Assembly: GCF_006345805.1 (NCBI RefSeq)
Contig: NC_043014.1
Location: 35,340,001 to 35,404,000 of the forward strand
Length of the DNA stretch: 64,000 nucleotides
From: Octopus sinensis
Taxonomy: Eukaryota
Reading direction: 5' to 3'
A program made the position numbers and the translations under genes. The notes beneath the pieces are model-generated. The model worked only from the letters and a program-made list of their open reading frames with translations, did not search any database and was not told the origin of the DNA. Shown here in pieces: positions 54,140-64,000 of this stretch; within the stretch, counting starts at the first letter, position 1, and the number at the start of each line of letters is the position of its first letter.

Positions 54140-55455
54140 ACTGCTTGCTGTGTCTTTCCACTGTTTATCAGTAGTGGAACAACCCACTTCTCTCTTGAGG
54201 GCGTGTCCCACAACACCTCCTCCTTTGAGATTTTTTCTTTTATTCTCAGAATGCCGCTGGTAGTACGTCTACATTGTTTAGCGGTAGCGTTACTAACACA
54301 TAGCAACCTGACTAAAATCCTTCAAACGGACTTATCATTTGTTTTTACTTCCACACAGAATTATTTTTCTCTTCGGAATGCCGCAGTAGTGGAACAGCCC
54401 ACTTTTCACTTGGGGGTGTCCGCCACAACAGAATGAAAGAAAATAAAGGGGTGAGAAAATATGTAATCAAATATATAGTATGAAAATAACCGTTAACTTT
54501 CAAAACACGTCTCAAACTCTTTCTTCATTCTCTTAGTTATATATAACTGATAGTCTGCAATGCGGCAAAGAAAGATAACATGTGTATGAAAAGGGATATA
54601 AGCAGAGACTTGAAACACGACAAACAAAAATGGAAACAAGGAATGTGTTTGGAAAATGTGCTGAAAAGTTTTCTACAGCGGTTATGTCTCTTGAAATTTA
54701 CTAAGCAGAAATTTTGTTTAATGTAAACGATTGCACAGACGCTATTTTGTGTGTGACAATATGGCTTCAAATTTTGGCGCTAGGACAGCAATTTCGGTCA
54801 GTTACATCGTCCTTAGTTGTCAAAAGGACTTATCTTGAACCCGAAAGGATGAAAGGTTCTGTGATAATATTAAAATCTTTTCGGTTAAGCAAAGATGACG
54901 GCTTAACTAATATTTTCGCTCTCATCATGCTTGTAATTAGGAGCAATAGTCTAGATTTATTAAAGCTGCTGTCGTAACATGCCTTCAATCTCCAAGTATA
55001 TTTGGAGTGAACAATCATGTTTGGTCTGAATAACAAATGTCTGAGCCCGTACTGTCCTGTAGATGTTGGATTTTAGTTTTACAATGTCACGTTATCATAA
55101 AACTGGCAAAACAGTTTCCATTGAGCAAGCACTTTCAAGAGTTCATGAAATTGCAAGTACATTGAATAATGGGATTATCATTTAATGAGAGTTGTTTTGC
55201 ATCAACTGAACTGAAAAGAGTATAGATTGTAAATACATTTTCATTTAAAAAGTTCATAATAGTTATGTTCTCAGTTAAAACGAAACTGCTTGCTGTGTCT
55301 TTCCACTGTTTATCAGTAGAGGAACAACCCACTTCTCTCTTGAGGGGGTGTGCCACAACACCTCCTCCTTTGAAATTTTTTCTTTTATTCTCAGAATGCC
55401 ACAGGTAGTACCAGTCTACATTGTTTAGCGGTAGCGCTACTAACACATAGCAACG
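54140..55455 (+). repeat. Dispersed direct repeat of ~165 bp (54140-54306, 55286-55454) plus a partial third copy at ~54365-54435
   Basis: ctgcttgctgtgtctttccactgtttatcagtag...actaacacatagcaac occurs twice with few differences. Confidence 0.85.
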
Positions 55456-56434
55456 AACGTTCAAGCAAAATATTGGAGAATAATACAAAGTTTCCTATTT
55501 CTGTCTCTTTGTTTGTCAGATAGAGGCATTTATTATTCTATAGAAAAATCCACTACGGTAAATGTTTCGTTATAGAATTCTGATGCTTTTGAAAAAACAG
55601 CTACAGCCGAAGAAAAAGATGTTATACGTTTCCTGGCTTTGGAAACTAAATCGCAGAGAATACTAGGCGAATGATTAAAACTATCATTTATATAAAATAA
55701 CCTTTCAGTACGTTTATAGCGAAGACAATATTTTCATACAATATTTTCTTTGTATATTTGATTTTATCTTTACACATACATCCAATGAAGTTCTTTTGTT
55801 TACAATATCTGAACATGCTTATAAATAGTTTCCTGTTTCATTTTCAAATTTCTTTCGAAGATCGGAGACGTGAAACCTAGAATCAGAGAGTGTGAAGTTT
55901 AGGCGTTGTAAAATATATTTTGACACTCTACTTTCAGTATAGAGCTCTTTGTTTTGATCTTGTTTACACTGAAGACTTTTATTAACATGTTTACATATGT
56001 ATATACGTATATCCGCGTGTTTCTTTATATGTATGTGTATGGATGTGAGTGTATGGAGGGTAAGGCAGAGGAAGAGAGAGAAAGTGAAAGGAAAAGGATA
56101 CTCCAACATACAGGAAGAAAAGGTTTTTAAAATTTTAATAAAAGAAAGAAGTAGAATGTATGCTAAAACACGATAAACTTAGATAACTCGAAGATTAAAT
56201 ATGTTAAAACAAAATTAAAAAAAATACAAACCACAAAGCACTAATTTGAGAAGACAGAAATGATGGAAGCCTTTCTGTCTTTTCGGTCTCCAATTAGTGG
56301 TTTTGATATCTAATCATTTGCATAAACATCCTAGCAGTTAATTCAAATAAAATGAAAATAAAGAAAAAAGAAACGCAGAAAAATATTAAACAAAACCGCA
56401 AAAATAAGGAAGAACCCAAATAAGACAGACAAAC

Positions 56435-56767
56435 CGTAAAAGTCGACTCTCTCTTGAGCTTCTTTGGGGTCTTTGTTTTTCGCAGAAAGTAGGCATTTGT
56501 AAATGTTTCCGTCTGTGCATACTGGGTTCTTCACTTGCAAACTGAGAGTTGTCTGCTTTTTTAGATCTTTGAAGAATGTAAAGTGATCTTTCAAGGATTC
56601 ATCTGACCATTGGACTCGGGGTCTGCTTGTAGGGTCGAAAGTCAATATTTCCTCTTTGCCGCGATATATGGAGAAACTCTGTATTTTCTTAGACATGACA
56701 TCGGTCGTGCAGTTGATAAAGATTGATTGCGACAATGAAGGTTTGGGTGGGTCCACGACTATAGACA
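56435..56767 (-). CDS. Gene M, V-like Ig domain exon (SIVVDPPKP...INCTT...W...LSLQVKNPVCTDGNIYKC...VDFY)
   Basis: Acceptor tcttgcAG, donor GTttgt. 333 nt, phase 1-1, open frame. D-x-x-x-Y-x-C F-strand motif (DGNIYKC). Confidence 0.88.
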
Positions 56768-57492
56768 CTGCAAGATTAATAAATTATTCAATCAATTAAA
56801 TGTCTAATCAATATATAAATAATTTTAAAAAGGGTTTGGCTACGTTTGATGTAGAAACCAGTAACTGCCAACCATTTATAGTATTCACATGAATATTTCA
56901 CATAATATATCTTTGACTAAATTAGAAAATATAGCCATAGATCTGAATAACAGTCAGGATACTCAAGGATAGAACACTATTGGTCAGAAAAATGTTCAAT
57001 GAGTGTCGACCTGGAGTCAAACAATTACAGCATCATAAGCCAGACATTACATGTCCCCCAAAAGGCATAAACATATCATGTGGAAAATTTGGCTGCCATT
57101 TTAAAGTTGACATCTTCAGTGACAGGATAGTAGAAATTTTAGGTGAAGTAGCCCACAATGGAATTGACTTAAAGTCCATGATGTGCTATCGAGTGCTATC
57201 AAAAGTAAGGGCACAATTGATTTCTTATTAGACTATCATTTTGAAACTGAAAGGAAATGTCCCACTCACTTCAACAATTTTCCACTATTGATAGTAAAAG
57301 CAAAATGAGTGAAATACGTTTATTTTCGATTCATAACCCTTGTTCAACCAAGCTTCATATTTGCAGCTTCCATTATAACAAATACTCCCTGCTATAGTTC
57401 AACCTAGTTCATGGAACTCTCTAATCTATATCTCGATAAAATGAACCTGAAACAACAAATAATTTCTTTTACTTGCGGTAACTACATTTCTT

Positions 57493-57800
57493 TTGTGGAG
57501 GCACATGGCCTTGTGGTTAGAGCGGTGAACTCGCGGTCGAGGGATCGCGGGTTCGAATCTCAGACCGGACGATGTGTGTGTTTATGACCGAAACACCTGA
57601 GCTCCACGCGGCTCCGACAGAAGGTAATGGCGAAACTTCTGCTGACTCTTTCGCCACAACTTTCTCTCACTCTTTCCGCCTGCATCTTGCAGCTCACCTG
57701 CGATGGACCGGCGTCCCGTCCAGGTGAGGAACCTATACGCCAAGAAACCAGGAAACCGGCCCTCATGAGCCAGGCATAGCTCGAGAAGGAACAAACAACA
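57493..57800 (+). mobile_element. SINE with family C head and a third tail type
   Basis: Colinear with 26107-26390. Confidence 0.82.
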
Positions 57801-58553
57801 AACATCATTTCTTTTAACTACTGCACTACTTTTTATATAAGATATAAAATTACAAGTTTACTAGTCACTCGTTATATATCATTTTCTCTTGTCTTAGTAG
57901 TTATCCCTTATCCCGCTTTGGATTAGATCTGCTCTCCTATTAGTCCATAAGAACACAAACAATCGGAACAAGTAGCTCAAATCCATTGCTCTGCCATTTC
58001 AATCTTTTTCAAACATAATAGATTTATGATTATATGATGTTTTTCTTAAGAGATGTTAGGTTGTTATTTCTTAATACTTTTCTTAGGTATTACTACTTTT
58101 GATTGATCTACAATGTTAATGCTATTCTTGTTTTTCCCGGGTTAGCTCTACGGAACCAGCCCCGGGATGATATTTGGTATATCGTGATATACATTATCAA
58201 ATGTTTTACTTTCATAAAGAGGACAGGGTGTTATATGTAACAGGTCAAGCGATCCTGCAAACGTTCCACTAGCGCTCGCTGTGGTGCATATACATACATA
58301 TATGTATATATAATGTATATGCACACACATACACACATAAACACACATACACGCACATACACATTTCTTGGGGTAAAAGCAGAACAACGAGAATCTGTTT
58401 AGATTCTCGGTCAGGTATTCACATTCGAATGAACCAGAACATATGAAAATGAATAAATCAAGGATTCAATCTTCCCCAACATTCTTTCTCTAATATTAAC
58501 GACCTACTTATAGTCAACCCCAGCAAAACTAATTTCAATGTTGAGGACACTAT

Positions 58554-59443
58554 TTCCTATTTCTCCTTAAGCTTCAGCACCTAGAATCATCCATATGAAC
58601 TACTGACTCCAGCGCCAAGAACATAGATCTCTTAAGGCGGCGAACTGGCAGAAACGTTAGCACGCCGGGCGAAAACTCCAAATTATGCTACCGAACTCTG
58701 AAGGATGAAAAGCAGATCTGACCGTCACGGAAACTGGAATCTAAATGTAAGAGGATGCAACTAAATACTGCAAAGCATTTAGTCAGTGATTTACAGCAGC
58801 GCCTTTCAATCTTTATCGAGAGGTACCATAAGTGATATAGTATACCACAAGCTTTCTTTGTCTGCCTTTCTCACTCGCTCTTTCCATAGGAAAAGTTATA
58901 GGAGGGTTCTCCTGTTAGCCTACAGAAGTTTAATGATAATTTACTCTTCAACTCTCACGCCCTTCTGTGCTAAATTTTGCGTCATATGGAAACTTTTTTT
59001 CCTATTTCTCCTTAAGCTTCAGCACCTAGAATCATCCATATGAACTACTGACTCCAGCGCCAAGAACATAGATCTCTTAAGGCGGCGAACTGGCAGAAAC
59101 GTTAGCACGCCGGGCGAAAACTCCAAATTATGCTACCGAACTCTGAAGGATGAAAAGCAGATCTGACCGTCACGGAAACTGGAATCTAAATGTAAGAGGA
59201 TGCAACTAAATACTGCAAAGCATTTAGTCAGTGATTTACAGCAGCGCCTTTCAATCTTTATCGAGAGGTACCATAAGTGATATAGTATACCACAAGCTTT
59301 CTTTGTCTGCCTTTCTCACTCGCTCTTTCCATAGGAAAAGTTATAGGAGGGTTCTCCTGTTAGCCTACAGAAGTTTAATGATAATTTACTCTTCAACTCT
59401 CACGCCCTTCTGTGCTAAATTTTGCGTCATATGGAAACTTTTT
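58554..59443. repeat. Apparently identical tandem duplication of a 445-bp unit
   Basis: The same ORF text starts at 58786 and 59231 (offset 445). No differences seen by eye. Confidence 0.93.
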
Positions 59444-59448
59444 AATAA

Positions 59449-59836
59449 TCTATATTATAAAGCTGAAGTTGTCTGTGTGTGGCAGGTTGGTAGCCTTCAA
59501 CTAACACTATCTCCTTCGAGACCTTGCAGCGCAAGTTGACCAAAATTGAGAGTATGATAGAAGAAGGGTTGCTCTTCCTTCCGTAGAAGCAAAAATTTAA
59601 ATCGGACCATGTTAACAACAAAAATTATCTACATCAAGAAGCTGCTTTTTTTCTATGAAAATCCCTATTTTTTACGATTTTTTGACTGCTGTGTCGCCAT
59701 TTTTCGGTGTATTTCAACCAGAAAAATGTTCACTTAAAGAGAATAAGAAGCTACATAATGCAAAATTTTTACTTTTCAAAGGTTCCAATTCTAAACGGTC
59801 GAAACAAACCGGAGCAACGCCGGGCGATACTGCTAG
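59449..59836 (+). mobile_element. Non-autonomous Helitron sharing termini with the 32111 element
   Basis: 5' TCtatattataaagctgaagttgt and 3' ccggagcaacgccgggcgatactgCTAG. The interior differs from the 32111 copy. Confidence 0.78.
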
Positions 59837-60250
59837 CTTTATTAAATAAATAAATGTATGTTAAAATTGTTTTAAAATAAAGATGGCTTCATGTAAGCTA
59901 CTTTGGTGTTATGTGCTGTGTTTTAGAATACACAAGTTTCCTGAACATCCCGTCACTTTCTGATTAACCATAAAAGTTCACAATACAGCAGTAGGCAAAA
60001 TGCAGTGCACAACTGTGCCACGAAATCGAGGTTGAAAACGTTCGCTACAGCAATTTCCTTTATCTGTTAAACTTATCCAAATATTTCCTAAATTTTCATC
60101 TCTGACAAAGTTTTTCGGTTTTCTTTCAATGGTTGCCATACACGTTTTACATAAACATTACCAGCTGAAATTAAGTAGATATTGCAATATCTTTGAAGAA
60201 ACAATACAGCAAAAGATGCAAATAAAAGAAAATTAAAATGTGCAACTTAC

Positions 60251-60274
60251 GGTCTTGACTGGATACTCCAGAAA
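60251..60274 (-). CDS. Gene M, 24-nt microexon (xSGVSSQD), probably the end of the signal peptide
   Basis: Minus strand reads tttttctttactacAG|TTTCTGGAGTATCCAGTCAAGACC|GTaagt. Phase 1-1, splices in frame to the 56767 exon giving SGVSSQDLSIVVDP. Confidence 0.7.
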
Positions 60275-60369
60275 CTGTAGTAAAGAAAAATAGGAGTAAT
60301 TTAATAGTCAATAGCGGTGATAACAGTTCATACACACGAACGCACACACACTACCCAAACACACACAAA

Positions 60370-60419
<50 letters not shown>

Positions 60420-60420
<1 letters not shown>

Positions 60421-60651
60421 GCGAGAAAGAAGCAACAAGAATGGATAGGTTTTTAGTACGATCGTTTCATACAAGGACAGGTTTTATTAAAAGTTGCAAA
60501 GATTACAGCATATAAACGAGTCCCGTACTCATCAGCTAAAATACATGTAAGTTCTCTAGACATCCTAGTGTTTGAGGCTATACTCATGAAGTAATGTAGA
60601 TAATTAAACAGATTTCTAAAGTTCATTAAAGTTCTTTAAAGATGATGTACA

Positions 60652-60655
<4 letters not shown>
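60420..60655 (-). mobile_element. Penelope-like terminal-repeat fragment carrying the hammerhead, embedded in (TA)n
   Basis: Unique ~235-bp block between two TA microsatellites. It contains a type I hammerhead with palindromic stem III, which is known for Penelope-like elements. Confidence 0.5.
60451..60541 (-). ncRNA. Type I hammerhead ribozyme motif (Penelope-type, palindromic stem III)
   Basis: TTTTAG-CTGATGA-GTAC/GGGAC...GTCCT/GTAT-GAAA-C GATC G-TA-CTAAAA. Intact core, 6-bp stem I, GUA cleavage triplet, G.U at the base of stem II. Confidence 0.7.
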
Positions 60656-60690
<35 letters not shown>

Positions 60691-60721
60691 CGTGTGTGTG
60701 TGTGTATGTATATATATATAT

Positions 60722-60946
60722 AAAATTAGAAAGAACCTCCTTTTATCAATTCAAAATGAACGATTAAATTACACCATCTAGAAAATTACATATGATATTC
60801 GTTTTTATTATTTTTTTGCAATTTAATTAATCATTGCTATTTTATTGTTATTTAAATTTTAATATTTCTATTATATGTAATTTTCTAGATGGTGTAATTT
60901 AATTGTTCCTTTTGAATTGATAAAAGGTGGTTCTTTCTAATTTTTT
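60722..60946. mobile_element. AT-rich MITE with ~72-bp TIRs inserted in (TA)n
   Basis: aaaattagaaagaacc...tctagaaaattacatat (60722-60793) is inverted at 60873-60944 with ~3 mismatches. Confidence 0.8.
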
Positions 60947-62312
60947 ATATATATATATTATATTGTGTGAAATTTGATTTAGTATTTCTAAAGTGAATTT
61001 TTTTCCCTGTAAGTTAGGATTAATATTCCCTCAAATAATTATATATATATATATGTTGTACTCTGTGTGTCTGTGTGTGTCTGTACGTATGTATATGTAC
61101 ACGCACATACACAGATGCAGACACACACACACACACACACATATCAACTCATACACACCCATAAATACAACTGTATTTCTAGAGATTTATCTCTAAATGT
61201 AACTATTAAAAAGTTTCTCGTGTTTTCGATCGATGTCATATTGAACAAAAAAAAAATTAAATGATGGAATAAATTAAGTAATTAGAAGTTAAAAATAAAT
61301 ATGTATACAGAAAAAATAAAGTAGTTCACAACTCTTAAAGTTTCACACACATACACGCGCATACACCCATTTACGAAAATACACACACGTACATTAATAT
61401 GTACACACGAAAGAAAATAGCACTCAACATCCTGCTGCGATATTTAAATATTTGTATGAAAAGCTTGATTTTCAAACGCATAGATTCAAATGTAGATTCA
61501 AAAAAATTAAAGGAAAAAATATCTTAGCATGGGATGCTTATTTCTTAATGATGAGCTAGGCACAGTTTCTAAAGGAGGTTGATTATCATCTGGTGGGTGA
61601 ATAAGATTTGTTTTCATTGGTCAGTTTGGATCACGTGATGGCATCGGTATCTTGATAATTGCTAACTAATGCTAAAAGAAGGCAACACTACAAATTCATA
61701 AACTGCATCTTTGTTGAAAAGATAAAGAAAAAAAACTAACTAAACTGACGCTTTACTGCCTCCAGGGAACCCTCTGTTGGTAACATTCAGCCATTAACTG
61801 TTGATACTACTTCATAAACTTTAGTGAAATTTTAAATTTCACTCAGATTGCCAACTAAAGCGAGGTAAACTAATCTACTGTATTGCTGTTGCCCTTCTTA
61901 TTCAGTAGCAGTTGCCAACCGCTGAGACATTCATTTCAACAACATTACCTATTTACAATGAACTTTATCCACCATTCAATGAAAATTTTATTCGAAAGCG
62001 GTAAATGCCCAATCACTTAAAATTAAGGGTTCAGACAATCACTTATACCTTTCCACGTGCGTGTAACCTCAAGATTTTCATTTTTTTATTGGTATATTCA
62101 CGCACGCGCGCGTACACAGAGCACTGCACGTGTTCGCGCGCATACACACACACTTACCTCGCTTATCTATACATGTATATTTGCAGAATGTGTGTATATA
62201 TGTCTAAATATATATACATACATACACACACGCACATACACACATGTATAAATATATATATATATATATATACACATATATATATATGTATGTATGTATG
62301 TACATATATATA

Positions 62313-62376
<64 letters not shown>

Positions 62377-62427
62377 TGTATATGTATGTATATATGTATA
62401 TATACTGTAAATATATGTATATATATA

Positions 62428-62477
<50 letters not shown>

Positions 62478-62683
62478 GAGAGAGAGAGAGAAAGAGAGAG
62501 AGATCGTCAGCTCCTACACGCATTTTTTTCTCTCCTTGTTTTTTTCTGTGTATCTTTATGTCGAAGAGCGTAGGCTCGAAACGTAAAAAGACTTTTCTAT
62601 CCTATTCCTGAGCGCTATACTAATTCATTTATTGTTTGTACTCCACCTGCCTTCGTCTTTTGTTTATTTTCGTAAACTTTCCC

Positions 62684-62766
<83 letters not shown>

Positions 62767-62877
62767 TAGAGATAATTGTTAAAGAACACACAAACACACC
62801 CATATATATATATATATACATATATGTATGTGTGTGGACGTGTATGTATATTTTACATATTTAAATATATACTCTTT

Positions 62878-63095
62878 TATCTCTTTTACTCTTTTATTTG
62901 TTTCAGTCATTTGACTGCGGCCATGCTGAAGCACCGTCTTTATTCAAACAAATCAAACCCAGGGCTCATTATTTCTAAGCCTAGTACTTATTTTTTGGGG
63001 GACTCTTTTGCCGAACTGCTAAGTTACGGGGAAGTAAACACAGGAGATTTTGGCGGGGTGGGAAACACAGACACACCAGTGCGCACGCACGCACA

Positions 63096-63150
<55 letters not shown>

Positions 63151-63298
63151 GGCAAGCTTTCCGTCTACCAAATCCACTCAAAAGGCTTTGGACGGCCCGA
63201 GGCTATAGTAGAAGACACTCGCCCAATGTGCCACGCAGTGAGACTGAACCCGGAACCATTTAGTTGGTGAGCAAGCTACTTACCACACAGCCACTCCC
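62878..63298 (-). mobile_element. SINE family B, diverged
   Basis: Same head, body and tail. Confidence 0.85.
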
Positions 63299-64000
63299 AT
63301 ATAATATATGTGTGTATCAATGGATCTAACTATTATCATGTGAAGCGAATTAGTAGCTTAGCTGTATAGGCTGTAGAGGCGACTCATCAGACTCAACTAG
63401 TGGGAGGAAAACGTCATGGTCAGCAAACAAAAAATACCAGAGCAAAACTCGTATGGTAAAGTCTTTGGTGAGACGGAGTTGTTCCCCCTTACCTCACTTC
63501 CGGCCTAGTCCACAACGACTTCGGAAGTTTGTAGCGCTACCCTAGTCGGTAATATTAATTGATGCCATTCATAATCAGGTTAATGTATTCGCGCTAATTC
63601 AATATACACTATATGGGCCGAATAATTGTCGTTGAAGTGTTCTAATACGATCGAAACGTTTCCATTGCCTTCACTGGTCGGTTCTAAAGTCAAGATCCAC
63701 TCTATTGGAATTATATCATTTGTTGGTGTTCTTAGATTTTTAAGCGGATCTCGGACTAGGTTTTGTCTCCTAATTGCAAAGATGGGTCGTGGTTTAATCT
63801 ACATTACTCCGTAAGGAGCGTACGGTGATTTTCTTGCTTTATCTGATGTATATATATTTCTTCCTGGACGGGAAGCCGGTCCGTCGCAGGATTACTCATT
63901 TTTATCTGCTGTGTGGACTGGAGCAACTTGAAATAAAGTGTCTTGCTCAAGAACTCAATGTGTCACCTGGTCCCGGAATCGAAACTGCAATCCTACAGTC

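Noticed and set aside
61600-61710. Minus-strand MQFMNL*CCLLLALVSNYQ as gene M's signal-peptide exon
   Set aside because: In-frame stop and no phase-1 donor.
62150-62190. Strong minus-strand donor AG|GTAAGT upstream of the microexon
   Set aside because: The upstream sequence is microsatellite, and the only nearby ATG runs into a stop (ATG TAT AGA TAA).

Overview
Eukaryotic, very AT-rich, microsatellite-dense DNA. Its SINE and repeat landscape looks like an octopus genome (inference). Two spliced immunoglobulin-superfamily genes face each other tail-to-tail. Gene P (+ strand; exons 2864-3196, 5743-6074, 10727-10835; 5' end not found) and gene M (- strand; exons 60274-60251, 56767-56435, 35733-35596, 33057-32863, 25810-25491; start exon not found) both encode Ig domains followed by a GPI-signal-like C-terminus. 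Every Ig module is 333 nt with phase-1 boundaries: one is split 138+195 and one is 332 nt because of an apparent 1-nt homopolymer deletion. The rest is introns and intergenic DNA filled with tRNA-derived SINEs, LINE relics (CR1-like, R4/Dong, L1/Tx1, Penelope-like), DNA transposon relics (piggyBac, hAT/Buster, mariner, maT), Helitrons, MITEs and local duplications. Unexplained structure worth testing: a type I hammerhead ribozyme motif in sense orientation about 180 nt upstream of gene M's 24-nt microexon, a hammerhead inside a long palindrome in gene P's last intron, and a near-perfect 145-bp inverted repeat bracketing one half-domain exon of gene M. TE boundaries are approximate and were read by eye.
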